From: Eubacteriales bacterium | GTDB taxonomy: Bacteria > Bacillota > Clostridia > Christensenellales > Aristaeellaceae | DNA length: 64,000 bases | Direction of reading: 5' to 3' | NCBI GenBank assembly: GCA_028693055.1 | Contig: JAQUWD010000008.1 | Location: 5,768-69,767, forward strand | Part shown: piece by piece, positions 8,466 to 19,574 of the stretch | How positions within the stretch are numbered: the stretch's first letter is position 1 | How the letters are laid out: each line of letters starts with the position of its first letter | Notes under the pieces: model-generated | What the model saw: the letters and a program-made list of their open reading frames with translations, nothing else | What the model was told of the DNA's origin: nothing | Database searches by the model: none | Translations under genes and position numbers: made by a program

Positions 8466-10139
8466 ATGAATGTACAGGAAATGGCGCAATTTTGGGCCAC
8501 AGGAAAGGGCTTTGATCAGCCGACCCGTCAGGAAGCCCAGCGCATTCTAAGCGACCCGCAAGAGACCCTTGCATGCTTTGGCACGGAGCTTACCTTTGGC
8601 ACCGGCGGTTTACGTGGCGTTCTGGGAACTGGTACCGCTCGCATGAACCGCTATACGGTTGCCCGCGCCACGCTGGGTCTGGCTCGTTATCTTCTCAGCG
8701 CTCATCAGGAGCCCTCCGTCGTGATTGCCCACGACAGCCGCCATGGCTCCGATACCTTTACCGAAACCGCAGCCCAAGTGCTATGCGCTCAGGGCGTGAA
8801 GACATATGTCTTCCCCAAGTTGGAACCTACCCCCATGCTCTCCTATGCCGTGCGCGCATTGCACTGCGATGCGGGCGTTATGATCACCGCCAGCCATAAC
8901 CCGGCAGAATATAACGGTTACAAGGTTTACGGGGCGGACGGCTGCCAGATCACCGACCATGCCGCGGCGTTAATCACCGCTCAAATTGAGCAAGTAGCCT
9001 ACGATGAGGCTCCCTTCCTGCGAGAGAATGACGCCCGTCGTCGTGGATTGTGGCTTACCGTTTCCGATTCCATCGATCGCGATTTTGCCCAAGCCTGCCT
9101 GTTCTGCCGTCCCAATCCCAGCCTTTGCGAAGGGGTTCGCGTAGCCTACACACCCCTTTACGGCACCGGTCTCGTAGCCGTACGGGAGGTGCTGCGCCAC
9201 ATGCAGGGAATCCACCTCATCGAGGTAACAGAGCAATGCGAACCCGACGGTGATTTTCCTACCTGTCCCAAGCCAAATCCGGAATTGGATGCAGCGCTCC
9301 AGCTGGGCGTCGAAACAGCAAAAGCAGAAAATGCCGATCTGCTATTGGCAACCGACCCGGACTGCGACCGTGTAGGCGTTGTGGTACGGGACAGTGCAGG
9401 CTGCTTCCATCGTCTCAGCGGCAATGAAGTCGGTCTGTTGTTAAGCGAGTACATTCTCAGCACACGCCGTGAAACAGGCAGCATGCCCAAGCACCCGGTG
9501 GTGGTGAAAACCATCGTCACCTCCGACCTGCTCTTCCCCATCGCCAAGGAATACGGCGCGGAGGTTCGCGAGGTGCTTACCGGCTTTAAATACATCGGCG
9601 AGGTTATCGGTCAACTGGAAAAGCAACGAGACGAGGATCGTTTTGTTTTTGGGTTTGAGGAAAGCTGCGGCTATCTGGCAGGAACCCATGTGCGGGATAA
9701 GGACGGCGTGATGGCCTGCATGTTGGTTTGTGAAATGGCGCAGGCCTACGCCTCCAAAAGAATGACCTTGTGGGATGGCCTTTGCGCGCTCTATCGGCGT
9801 TATGGCTGCATGGGCACAGCCTTGATGAGCTTCGAAATTGCAGGCGCGCTTCCCATGGAGAAAATGGAGCGGCAAATGAAGGAGCTGCGCGCTCATCCCC
9901 CGGAGACGCTCTGCGGCTCGGCCATCTCAAACGTCAAGGATTATGCCGCAGGGATCGACGGGCTTCCCAAAAGCAATGTGCTCAGCTATTCCACCACAGA
10001 CGGCCTAAAGGCGATCGTGCGCCCATCCGGCACAGAGCCGAAAATCAAGGTCTACCTTTCCGCCAGATCCAAAACCGCCGAAGAGGCCGAAGCTCAAATC
10101 CAGCAAATAAAAAAGGAGATCACTCTCCTTATGGCATAA
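8466..10139 (+). CDS. pgcA: Phosphoglucomutase/phosphomannomutase family phospho-sugar mutase
   Basis: Active-site TASHNPAEYNGYKVY, metal loop ATDPDCDRVGV, sugar loop GFEESCGY, phosphate loop RPSGTEPKIKVY. Confidence 0.9.
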   Translation: MNVQEMAQFWATGKGFDQPTRQEAQRILSDPQETLACFGTELTFGTGGLRGVLGTGTARMNRYTVARATLGLARYLLSAHQEPSVVIAHDSRHGSDTFTETAAQVLCAQGVKTYVFPKLEPTPMLSYAVRALHCDAGVMITASHNPAEYNGYKVYGADGCQITDHAAALITAQIEQVAYDEAPFLRENDARRRGLWLTVSDSIDRDFAQACLFCRPNPSLCEGVRVAYTPLYGTGLVAVREVLRHMQGIHLIEVTEQCEPDGDFPTCPKPNPELDAALQLGVETAKAENADLLLATDPDCDRVGVVVRDSAGCFHRLSGNEVGLLLSEYILSTRRETGSMPKHPVVVKTIVTSDLLFPIAKEYGAEVREVLTGFKYIGEVIGQLEKQRDEDRFVFGFEESCGYLAGTHVRDKDGVMACMLVCEMAQAYASKRMTLWDGLCALYRRYGCMGTALMSFEIAGALPMEKMERQMKELRAHPPETLCGSAISNVKDYAAGIDGLPKSNVLSYSTTDGLKAIVRPSGTEPKIKVYLSARSKTAEEAEAQIQQIKKEITLLMA

Positions 10140-10140
10140 C

Positions 10141-10196
10141 AAAAAGCAGCAGCCGCGCCCAAGCATTCGGAGAAGGAGCGCGGCTGCTGCTTTTTG
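10141..10196. terminator. Bidirectional rho-independent terminator between convergent genes
   Basis: AAAAAGCAGCAGCCGCGC...GCGCGGCTGCTGCTTTTT; perfect 13-bp arms with an A-run and a T-run. Confidence 0.85.
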
Positions 10197-10197
10197 A

Positions 10198-11436
10198 TTA
10201 TTCTTTTTTGCGGATCACGATGGTCACTCCGTCAGAAGCTGCGTCGGCTCCGTCCGTCGCCTGCGGTTCATCCGTCGTTTCAGGATCGGCGGTATTCTCC
10301 GGCTGCGGGCTGGCGGTGGCGTCCGGCTCCTCCGTCTTGTTGGGCGTTACCGCCCCCCTTGAGGCGTTCTGCTCGTCGATGAAAGCCTTACGCTTCACCG
10401 GCGTACAGCTGGGGCACGGCTCCAGCTTGGCAAAATCGCCTGAATCCAGCTCGCCATAGGTAAAGGCAGCCAGCGGCAGATACTTCTCCCGGACGCTGTT
10501 ACAGGTAGCTGTACTGTGGTAATACTTGCCGCCCTCCGGGTTATAATAAAGCTCCTTGCTGTCCTCGGGATAGGGCAGCGCCCGTCCATAATCGTCCCAG
10601 ACAATGACCTTTGTGTTCAGCTTCACGTTGTCCCACAGCCATTGAATGGCAAGCCCATCATCGTTGGGAGTTTTAGCCGTACGCACGCAGCCATGGCTGG
10701 CCTTCTGCCCCAGCTGAGACTCCCATTTGGTAAAGCGCTTGCTGCCATCCGCCAGCAAAGTATAGGGTACCTGATGAATCATATCGCCGCCGTTGAAGCG
10801 CATAGCCATATCGCAAATCATGCCTTCGCTGTCAAAAGCACCTACACGGCTGACCATGAGATACTCTCCGGCTGCGGTTTCGTTATAGGGCTGCTCGTCA
10901 TTGGGCAAGCCCGTCGAAATGGCGCAGCTGGACCAGAGCTTTCCCTCCCTAAATACGTACAGCTTCTGGGTTAGCTTATCGATGATAATGCCGATATCGT
11001 CTCTGGGGGTCACGGTTTTGAGCAGCTTGGTTTTCACATAACCGCGAATGATGCGGTTGTAATAATCAACGCCCTCAATCAGCGTCCAGCCGTCCTCATC
11101 CTCCCCCAGCACATGCACAGCGGCGGACGCACCGTTGATGGTGCCGCCCAGCTTGTCCGTATTCACCTTGTCGCCGCCCGGTGTTTTTCTGGGCGCGATC
11201 ATCTCCTTCTGATCCGCGTCCAATACTGTAATGGGCTGCATTAACAGCTCCCAGCAAGCGGCTTCGTCGGTGATGTCGTAGGCAAAGTCGTCTCCGAACC
11301 ACTTTTCGCCCGTGTCATAGCCTTCCAGCCATTGCGCCACGGTTTTGGCGGACGCTTTTTCCGGCAGGATTGAAACGCAAATCAATACCGCCAGCAACAG
11401 CGCGGTGATTCTTCCGAGTGCCTTTGTCATTCCCAT
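10198..11436 (-). CDS. Secreted L,D-transpeptidase (YkuD) domain protein
   Basis: Signal peptide (LLLAVLICVSILPEKASA) and YkuD catalytic motif SHGCVRT. Acidic Pro/Thr-rich C-terminus. Confidence 0.8.
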   Translation of the reverse strand: MGMTKALGRITALLLAVLICVSILPEKASAKTVAQWLEGYDTGEKWFGDDFAYDITDEAACWELLMQPITVLDADQKEMIAPRKTPGGDKVNTDKLGGTINGASAAVHVLGEDEDGWTLIEGVDYYNRIIRGYVKTKLLKTVTPRDDIGIIIDKLTQKLYVFREGKLWSSCAISTGLPNDEQPYNETAAGEYLMVSRVGAFDSEGMICDMAMRFNGGDMIHQVPYTLLADGSKRFTKWESQLGQKASHGCVRTAKTPNDDGLAIQWLWDNVKLNTKVIVWDDYGRALPYPEDSKELYYNPEGGKYYHSTATCNSVREKYLPLAAFTYGELDSGDFAKLEPCPSCTPVKRKAFIDEQNASRGAVTPNKTEEPDATASPQPENTADPETTDEPQATDGADAASDGVTIVIRKKE

Positions 11437-11450
11437 ATTTCCTCCAATGC

Positions 11451-13124
11451 TCAGTGCTGATCCTTCTGCCGTAGCGCCACCCGACGGATTTTGCCGGAGA
11501 TCGTCTTGGGCAGCTCGTCCACAAATTCGATGATACGCGGGTATTTATAAGGCGCCGTCGTGTGCTTCACATGGTTTTGCAGCTCCTTCACCAGCTCGTC
11601 GCTGGCCGTATAGCCCGGCTTCAAAACGATGGTAGCCTTGACCACCTGCCCGCGCAGGGGATCGGGAGCCGCCGTAATAGCGGTTTCCAAAACCGCAGGG
11701 TGCTCCAGCAGAGCGCTTTCCACCTCGAACGGCCCGATGCGGTAGCCGCTGGACTTGATCACGTCGTCGGCACGGCCCACATACCAGTAATAGCCCCACT
11801 CATCCCGCCATGCCACGTCGCCGGTATGGTACAGATGATTGTCCCAAACCGTTTTGGTCAGCTCAGGATCGTTGTAATAGCCGCTGAACATACCGATGGG
11901 CAGCGCGTCTTGGTCCGTATGCAATACAATTTCACCCGAAACGCCAGCCGGGCAGCTATTGCCTTGATCGTCCACCAAATCCACGTCGAAGATTGGGCTA
12001 GGCTTCCCCATGCTACCGGGACAGGTTTTCATGAACGGGAAGGTCGCCAGCGTCACCACCAGCTCCGTTTGCCCGAAGGCCTCCAGCAATGGGATTCCCG
12101 TGCGCTTCAGCCATTCTTCGGCCATATCGGGGTTCAACGGTTCCCCCGCCACCGCGCAGTGCTTTAAGCTGCTGAGATCGAACTCAGCAAAATCCTCCTG
12201 CAGCATATAGCGGTACATGGTGGGCGGCGCGCAAAAGGTGGTTACCTGATGAGCGCTCATCTGCCGGAGTACGTCTTTAGCCACAAAACGCTCAAAGTCA
12301 TAAACAAACACCGCGCTGCCTGTCAGCCACTGCCCGTACAGCTTCCCCCATACGCTCTTGGCCCAGCCAGTTTCACTGATGGTAAAATGGAGTCCGCCGT
12401 CAATGCACTGCTGCCAATAAAGGCTGGTAACGATATGGCCCAGCGGATAGAAATGGTCATGAGTGACCATCTTGGGCATGCCCGTGGTTCCGCTGGTGAA
12501 GTAAAGGAGCAGCAAATCGTGATTGTGGGGATACGCTTCGCCCTCCGGCTTCTTCCATTCCTTGCTCTGCAGGGGCATTTCCTCTTCATAGCTATGGAAG
12601 CCTTCCCGCTTTCCCTTGAGAACGATCAGGCTTTCCAAACTGTCGCATTTCTGCCGGGCCGTCTCCGCCGCCGCCAAGACCCCTTCATCCTTATGGGAAA
12701 TGATCACCATCTTAATCTTAGCCGCATCCACCCGATAGATCACGTCTTTTTCTGTCAGCAGATGGGTTGCGGGTACGGCGATGGCGCCGATCTTGTGTAA
12801 AGCCATGACGATGGGCCAAAACTGAAGATGACGGCGAAGAATGAGCATCACCTTATCACCCTTGCGCACGCCTAAGGACCAGAACAGGTTGGCAGCCCGA
12901 TCGCTCTCCTCCTTGAGCTCTCCAAAGGTATAACGAATGCAAGCGCCGGTTTCATCCGTCCATAGCACCGCTAGCCGTTCCGGCTCCTGACGGGCGATTT
13001 CATCGGCGATATCGTAGGCAAAGTTAAAGCTTTCCGGCCTCGTGATTTTAAATTTCTTGTTGAAATCATCGTAGGTAGCGTACTGGGTAGGGCAATTGAG
13101 GTAATGCAGATATAACGGTTTCAT
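11451..13124 (-). CDS. AMP-forming acyl-CoA synthetase/ligase
   Basis: AMP-binding signature LLYFTSGTTGMPKMV, YHTGDVAWRDEWGYYWYVGRADDVIKSSGYRIGPFEVE, and terminal LPKTISGKIRR. Confidence 0.9.
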   Translation of the reverse strand: MKPLYLHYLNCPTQYATYDDFNKKFKITRPESFNFAYDIADEIARQEPERLAVLWTDETGACIRYTFGELKEESDRAANLFWSLGVRKGDKVMLILRRHLQFWPIVMALHKIGAIAVPATHLLTEKDVIYRVDAAKIKMVIISHKDEGVLAAAETARQKCDSLESLIVLKGKREGFHSYEEEMPLQSKEWKKPEGEAYPHNHDLLLLYFTSGTTGMPKMVTHDHFYPLGHIVTSLYWQQCIDGGLHFTISETGWAKSVWGKLYGQWLTGSAVFVYDFERFVAKDVLRQMSAHQVTTFCAPPTMYRYMLQEDFAEFDLSSLKHCAVAGEPLNPDMAEEWLKRTGIPLLEAFGQTELVVTLATFPFMKTCPGSMGKPSPIFDVDLVDDQGNSCPAGVSGEIVLHTDQDALPIGMFSGYYNDPELTKTVWDNHLYHTGDVAWRDEWGYYWYVGRADDVIKSSGYRIGPFEVESALLEHPAVLETAITAAPDPLRGQVVKATIVLKPGYTASDELVKELQNHVKHTTAPYKYPRIIEFVDELPKTISGKIRRVALRQKDQH

Positions 13125-13702
13125 TATGCCTTCGCCCCTTCCTTGACCACTACCGCGATGAACTGGCAGTCTCCCTCCACGGCGTACATCACATGGGGCA
13201 AAGCGCTATCGTAGTACAGGCTGTCCCCTTCCCTGAGGTACAGCTCGTTCCCGCCCAGCACGATTTTCAGCGTCCCCTTCAGCACATAGTCAAACTCCTG
13301 ACCTTCATGGCTGTGCGCCTGCTTTACCGTATCCGGCTTGTCCTCCTCCACGGTTACGATGAAGGGCTCCGCCAGCTTGTCCCGGAAGTTGTAGGCGAGA
13401 TGATGGTACACATATTGGCTGCGACGGTTAAACTTAAGGCCCTGTCCGCTGCGCGTCAGCACATAGCCGTGAAGCTTCGGGCTTTCGCCGGTCAGCAAAT
13501 CGCTGATGTCCACCTCCAGCGCTTCGGCAATATTAAAAAGGTGAGAAAACGAAAAATCTACAGTTCCACCTTCATAGGCTTCATATTCCTTAAGCTCAAT
13601 TCCCGTTTTTTCCGACATTTCAATCGTACTTAAGCCCTGAATATCCCGTAGCTCCCGAATTCGCATTGCGATTTGCTTGATCTGTTCCCCGTTTTCCGTC
13701 AT
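13124..13702 (-). CDS. XRE-family HTH regulator with C-terminal cupin domain
   Basis: HTH IRELRDIQGLSTIEMSEKTGIELKEYEAYE, then a cupin-like HSHEGQEFDYVLKG...GDSLYYDSALPH. 1-nt overlap with the downstream ligase gene. Confidence 0.8.
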   Translation of the reverse strand: MTENGEQIKQIAMRIRELRDIQGLSTIEMSEKTGIELKEYEAYEGGTVDFSFSHLFNIAEALEVDISDLLTGESPKLHGYVLTRSGQGLKFNRRSQYVYHHLAYNFRDKLAEPFIVTVEEDKPDTVKQAHSHEGQEFDYVLKGTLKIVLGGNELYLREGDSLYYDSALPHVMYAVEGDCQFIAVVVKEGAKA

Positions 13703-13825
13703 GGACGAGGCCTCCCTCCGGCCGACCATTGTCGGTCTTCTCTTTCTATATATACACAGAAAAGAGAATAGCAAAACCCGTAATCGCTGTCAAGATTACG
13801 GGCGTTTTTAGATTGTATCAATTTG

Positions 13826-16689
13826 TCAATACTGATCATCATACTCCTTTTCGCACAGCGGCTTGGAGAAATAGTAGCCTTGTATGATATAGCCGCCAAT
13901 CGAGCGCAGAAACTCCACCTGTTCCCGGCTTTCCACGCCCTCAAACACCATTTCCTTATCCAGCGCGTTCAGCATCTTGACCACCTCGGTCATAATGATC
14001 GCCTGCGCAGCGGAAACCGTCGCATTGAGCATCAGCCCTCGGTCAATTTTGACAATATCAAAATCGATCGCTGAAAAAATGCCAAGGGAGGAGTAGCCCG
14101 AGCCGAAATCATCGATGGATACGGAATAACCCTCCGCCGCCAAGCGCTCGGTCTGCTTCTTCACAAGCTCCATGTCCTCCACGGCTACCGTTTCCGTTAC
14201 CTCGATCTCCAGCAGCGAATGAGGAAGGCTGTACTGATCGACAATTTGGTTCAGTCTTTCCACAAAATTTTGATTGGTCAGATGCAGGCGGGAAAAATTG
14301 CAGGAGATCGGATAAACGCGCTTGTTCCGCGCCATTCGACTTGCTTGATATCGACAGGTCTGCTCAAAAACAAACAAATCAGTTTTCAGCACAAATCGGT
14401 TCTTTTCAAATAAGGGAATAAATTCACCGGGCGAAACAAGCCCATAATCCGGCATGCGCCATCGAATCAACGCCTCTGCTCCCACTGCGTCGTTATGCAG
14501 GCTATGAATTTTGGGCTGAAAAAAAACCTCAAACTCTCCGTTTTTTAGGGCGTCCTCCATTCGGTTTTCCATTATGCGTTCTCTGTGCAGCTTCTGCTCC
14601 AATTCATCGGAATAGATAACCAAATCCCCATTAGAGCCGTTAAGCACTTGACGGTACGCGTCGTTAGCCCGGTCCATAACAGCGTTGATATCCTTGTCGT
14701 CCGCGCGGATCGGCGCAGCGCCCGCTACCATATGCAGCTTATAAAGGCTCTGTTCTCCCCAGCGAACCCTGAAAAGCGGCGGTTCAGCTCCTCAAAGCGC
14801 TGTTGCAGCGCACTGCTTCCGTCGTATTGAAGCACCACCGCGAAGCGATCCGCGTAAACCCGCGTATAGCCTTCATTCTCCATCAGCGCTGCTTTGATCT
14901 CGTTGCTTAAAAAGCGCAGCACCTCGTCTCCCACAGCATAGCCGTACATGGAGTTGACGTCCTTAAAACGGCTCAGGTTCATATACAGCAGCGCATAGTC
15001 TCTGGTGCGGGGAGAGCTCAGCCGTCTCAATGCTCTGCTTTGGAAACAGTACAAGCTTGGCGCGCCGGTCAGCGCATCCACATTAAGCATTCGGCTTACG
15101 TTCTCAGCATAGCGCATCTTGCCAATCAGCATCACAAGCAAAAGGGCCAAAATGAGAAGCACCGATCCGCCAATCAATAGCGCATACTGCAAAGGGTTTT
15201 GATTAAACAAATCCAGTAGGCTAGTTTTCCGATAGCTTACAGTCTGCGCAATCAAAAACTCCGAAATTTGCTCGCCGGTAACGCAAGCCAGCGCCTTATC
15301 CAAAACGGAGCGCAATAGGGGCTTTTCCCTTTCATCAACCCCCACACAATAATCAACCGTTACATTGTTGAGCGTAACGACGGTGAACGCAGAGTAATGG
15401 GAATCCAACAGGATTTCCCTCGCCATCAGCTCGTTTATAAACGTTGCGTCCGCTTTGCCGTCCAGCATGGCCTTCAAGCAGGCAGTAACGGTTGGATACT
15501 CCTCAAACGTATATTCCGGAAAGCGTTCCCGCACCAGCCGGGTCACATAATGCTCCTGGGGCATCGCTATGGTTTGAATCTCCGTCGATTCATCCACAGA
15601 GGAAATCATCACAATGGGGCAGGTAATAAAAGGCTGCGTCATTTGCAGGTTGTGCTCTGCGGACCAATTGCCGTCATAGGCGGTGCTGGAAATGATGGAC
15701 ACGTCTCCCCTGCTCAGTTCATCATAGATTGCCATATAGTTGTCAGCCGGTATGTATTGGAAGGTAAGCCCGGTAAGCTCAGAGAGCAATCCAAAAAGCC
15801 TCGCGCTAACGCCGCAATATTCCCCCGTATCCGGATCGGAATATTCCAGCGGTTTCCAATCGCGGTTATAGACGACGGTAATTGGCCCCGCATTTTGGAT
15901 ATAGTCAAGCTCCTCCCGGGTGAGCATGGGCGTATCACCGGGCACGGCGGAAAAATAACGCTGCCAAAGCTCCAGCTCATAATTGGGCTGATAAAGCTTG
16001 ATATCCTCCAAGGCTTTTTCCAGTTGGACGATAAAGTCGCCGCTGCCCCTTGCGCCCATAATATAGCAATCCTTGTAGGCAAACGCCGCTATACAACGAA
16101 CGTTTGCGTAGCGGGAGGCGCTAAACGAGCATACAGCCTCGATTTCGCCCGAGAAAAGCGCTTGGAGCATTTCCTCCTCCCGATCGTAGGTTTGAATCTT
16201 CATCGTGATTCCATTACGCTCGCAATAGGCTAGCAAATCCTGCTGCATCGCCATGTTTTCCAGCACTCCGACGACCATACCGTCAAAATGCTCCGCATCC
16301 CCATAAATATATTGATCGTTTGAGGAGCTTACATATAGACTGACGCATATTTCCGCGCAGTCGTACATTGGAAATTCAAATTGTTCTTCTCTTTCGGGCG
16401 TTTTTTGGATGCCGCCCATCAAATCCAGCTCGCCCTTGGTAATTTTTTCAAGACAGTCTGAAAAGCTGCCTGTGTAGAACTCGTATTGCCAGCCTGTATA
16501 CTTGGCGATTTCCTGATAATAGTCGTACATATAGCCGGATAATTCGCCGTTTTCGTCCACATTCTGAAAGCCCAGTATGGGGTAAAAGCCAACCCGGACA
16601 GTCTGCGCCTGATCATCCTCTGCCAAAGCGGCAGTGCATAACAGCACAGCCAGAACGAGCAGGATAAAGCACGCGAATTTCTTGGTCAT
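13826..16689 (-). pseudogene. Frameshifted sensor protein: signal peptide, 2x periplasmic SBP (family 3-like), TM, degenerate GGDEF, EAL phosphodiesterase
   Basis: Two abutting ORFs (14725-16689 and 13826-14731) in different frames. The upstream one ends inside a GGDEF-like domain (YADRF in place of GGDEF). The downstream frame continues that domain (YKLHMVAGAAPI...MDRANDAYRQ) and carries an intact EAL domain (GAEALIRW, DDFGSGYSS, EGVES). The frame change must lie within ~14728-14795, next to an A4/T4 run at 14772-14775. Confidence 0.65.
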
Positions 16690-16722
16690 GGACGTCCCCC
16701 ATTTCGCTAGTACAACGTTTCC

Positions 16723-18030
16723 TTATGCCTGTCTCTCCAGCTGTTCCTCCAATTGTTCCTCCGGCGGCAGCCCAATGTGCCACAGCGCCACGCCCAACGC
16801 TAAGCCTCCCAAGGTAAGTATTAAATTAAGCACAAAGGGCAGCGTACGGTTCATTTCCGCCAGCATACCGGCCACCGTGGTTAAAGGCGAGGTAACCAGC
16901 ATGCACAGCGCGTAAAAGAAGCCAAGCATCCGCGCCCTCTCCTCCCGATCGATATTGATCATCTGCAAGGAGGTGGACAGGGGGTTGAGCATGGAAAGCG
17001 CGACGGCTTCCAAAATCACCATTAAAAACACCAGCGGATATTGCTGCCCCGGCATCAGCAGCATACCCACCTCCTGCACCACAAAAAGGCTCAAGCCGAT
17101 CAGCAGGGGATTACGAAAGCGCTTCAAATCCAGCCTTGGTACGATTACAAAATAACACACCAGCATCAAAAGTGAGCGCAGGGTGGAAAATAGAGATAGG
17201 TTTTCTGCGGGAATTCCCAGCTTTTCCGTTACCAGCAGCGGCCAAAACGCATCGTTAATGTTTTTCATGCCCGTATAGCAAGCCATAAAAGCCACTGTGA
17301 TCATAATCCGGCGGTCATGGAGCATCCTGACCAGCACCTTGCGGCTGTCCCACAAATGAGCCAGCACGCTGACATTCTTCGTCTCCTCCATCCTGCGCAG
17401 CCCAACGGAGGTTTCCTTGCTCAGAAAATAAAGGGTAACGAACTTGGTGGTCATCATCACAAAGGTAATGCCATAAAGCACTCGCATGGTTGGTACCACC
17501 GAATACTTCTGCACGAAGAAATAAGCCACCGGCGCAATAAAGCCGGCAATCAGCCCGGCGATACTGGTGATGGAATACATGTGGATCAGCTTATCGCTAG
17601 GCGCGTCCTCAATCAAAAGCAGTCCCCAGGAGGTTTCCGTCACCCGCCACGCGCCGTTAAACAGAGCGGCTACCACAAACCATGTAAAGTTCTGGGAGCA
17701 CATCCACAGAAAAGACGGCACCGACCAGCTGAGCACATCAAAAATAATGGTGCAGGTACGTCTGCCCAGCTTATCCGTCAGCACGCCGCTCAACAGCGAC
17801 CACACCATTTGGGAAGCAAGAAAAATGGTGCTTACAAGTCCGATCTGCGTGGGCGACATCCCCAGCGCCGCCATAAACACCGATACAAAGGGAACATATA
17901 AATTGTAGGGAATCCCCCATAGCGGCTCGGTATACAGGCAGGCGCGTTGATTGCCCCGCAGGCTAACGATGGTGTCGATCATGGGATTGGCGCGAAGGCG
18001 CTTCATCAGTGACATGGTATAAAACCTCAT
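16723..18030 (-). CDS. MFS-type transporter
   Basis: ~12 predicted TM segments and an MFS loop motif LTDKLGRR. Confidence 0.75.
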   Translation of the reverse strand: MRFYTMSLMKRLRANPMIDTIVSLRGNQRACLYTEPLWGIPYNLYVPFVSVFMAALGMSPTQIGLVSTIFLASQMVWSLLSGVLTDKLGRRTCTIIFDVLSWSVPSFLWMCSQNFTWFVVAALFNGAWRVTETSWGLLLIEDAPSDKLIHMYSITSIAGLIAGFIAPVAYFFVQKYSVVPTMRVLYGITFVMMTTKFVTLYFLSKETSVGLRRMEETKNVSVLAHLWDSRKVLVRMLHDRRIMITVAFMACYTGMKNINDAFWPLLVTEKLGIPAENLSLFSTLRSLLMLVCYFVIVPRLDLKRFRNPLLIGLSLFVVQEVGMLLMPGQQYPLVFLMVILEAVALSMLNPLSTSLQMINIDREERARMLGFFYALCMLVTSPLTTVAGMLAEMNRTLPFVLNLILTLGGLALGVALWHIGLPPEEQLEEQLERQA

Positions 18031-18036
18031 TTGCGT

Positions 18037-18918
18037 TTATTCTTGTAGCAAGCGTTCCAATTCCTCCGGCAACGGGCTTACCCGCTCAATCCATTCCCCG
18101 GTGACGGGGTGTCGCAGACGGCAGTGGCAGCTATGCAGGGCAAAACGCCCGGCTAACGTGTCAAGCTCTGTACCATAGAGAAAATCTCCCGCAACCGGGC
18201 ATCCCAGCGCGCTGGCATGCACCCGAATCTGATGGGTTCGCCCGGTGTCTAGTCGAAACCCGGCAAGGGTTCGGCTCTCCGTTTCCCGAAGCGTCCAATA
18301 GAAGGTTCGCGCCGCCTTGCCGCAGGGGTTTACCTCCCGGCGTACCGTGGCTCCCTCCGCCTTGGCGATAGGAAGCTCGATCACTCCGCTTTTCTTAGGA
18401 AGCTTTCCTTCCAGCACAGCCAGATATTCCCTCACAAAATCGTCCGTATGCAGGCTCATTTGCATAAGATGCTGCACATGGGCGGTCTTGGCAACCACCA
18501 TCAGACCGCTGGTGCCCTTATCCAGCCGATTCACCGGCCGGTAAACAAAGGGCGTTGGACTGCCTAAATAGCGATATACCGCGTTTTCCAACGTAGGCTG
18601 GCTCTGTCTGGCAGACGAGGCTGACGGCAGAGGCGCGGGCTTGTCCACCAGAAGCAGATACTCATCCTCAAAGGCAACCTCAAGCGGCAGTTCACAGGGC
18701 TCCGGCGGCGTATTTTCCTTTTCCGGAATTCTCAGCTCCAAGAGCTGTCCCTCCCGAAGCCGGGCATTCGCCATTGCAGGCGTTCCGTCCAGCAGCACCT
18801 GTCCATGAAATTTTGCGCGTTTATACTGTCCGCTGGATAATTGCAGCCCATACAGCACGGCATGGCGCACCGTTGAGCCGTCCATTTCCCGGGAAATCAT
18901 CAAACGATAGGCAGGCAT
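18037..18918 (-). CDS. RluA-family pseudouridine synthase
   Basis: S4-like N-terminus, catalytic NRLDKGTSGLMVVAK, and conserved GRTHQIRVH. Confidence 0.9.
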   Translation of the reverse strand: MPAYRLMISREMDGSTVRHAVLYGLQLSSGQYKRAKFHGQVLLDGTPAMANARLREGQLLELRIPEKENTPPEPCELPLEVAFEDEYLLLVDKPAPLPSASSARQSQPTLENAVYRYLGSPTPFVYRPVNRLDKGTSGLMVVAKTAHVQHLMQMSLHTDDFVREYLAVLEGKLPKKSGVIELPIAKAEGATVRREVNPCGKAARTFYWTLRETESRTLAGFRLDTGRTHQIRVHASALGCPVAGDFLYGTELDTLAGRFALHSCHCRLRHPVTGEWIERVSPLPEELERLLQE

Positions 18919-19022
18919 ATCCTATCCCCTTCCAACCAAGAGTATATCATGCCTTGGGAGCCTTGCCAAGCCGGAGTTTTCCTGCTAAGATAAGGGCGAT
19001 TCAATCCTATGGGAGGCCTGTT

Positions 19023-19574
19023 ATGTCTTTTTTCATGCCCCTTTTTTCCCGCCCCGCCGCGCTTAAAACGCTTCGAAACGCTTACGAGTTGATTGGCGAG
19101 CTTACCCCGCTCAAAACCAATTGCGGAAAGCTCTGCGGCGGAGCCTGCTGCCAGAGTGACGAAAGCGGGGAAAACGGTATGCTGCTGTTTCCCTATGAGG
19201 AATGGTTCTATCGCAAGCCCATCGATGGCTTTGCCTTTCATCTCGCGGACGACGATTCTCTTTATAAGGGCGGCAAACGCCTCGTCTGTGAAGGAACCTG
19301 TCCCCGCGCGTATCGTCCGCTGGCCTGTCGGCTCTTTCCCCTGCGGATTCGTCTCCAGTCAGACCCGCAGGGCGTTCACACCGAGGTCATACCCGAAATT
19401 GATCCCCGGGCTTGGTGCTGCTGTCCTTTACCAGAGCAAGGCGGTCTTCGGGCTATGAGCGGAGATTTCATCGAGGCGGTCAAGCAAGCCGGACAGCAGC
19501 TGATCAAGAACGATGATATGTTGGAAGCGCTGTATAACGAGCAGCGTCTGCTGGATGAAATGAGGAAGCTGTAA
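19023..19574 (+). CDS. YkgJ-like CxxCxxCC zinc/iron-chelating domain protein
   Basis: NCGKLCGGACC motif and a second Cys cluster (CEGTCP...C). The ATG at 19023 avoids overlap with rluA on the opposite strand. Confidence 0.55.
   Translation: MSFFMPLFSRPAALKTLRNAYELIGELTPLKTNCGKLCGGACCQSDESGENGMLLFPYEEWFYRKPIDGFAFHLADDDSLYKGGKRLVCEGTCPRAYRPLACRLFPLRIRLQSDPQGVHTEVIPEIDPRAWCCCPLPEQGGLRAMSGDFIEAVKQAGQQLIKNDDMLEALYNEQRLLDEMRKL

Noticed and set aside
15397-16233. 278-aa plus-strand ORF, and similar long antisense ORFs (30039-30713, 17317-17901, 22928-23563, 27106-27705, 42438-43334, 60499-61074)
   Set aside because: All lie fully inside, and antisense to, genes with clear family motifs, and none has a motif of its own. 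They were treated as shadow ORFs.
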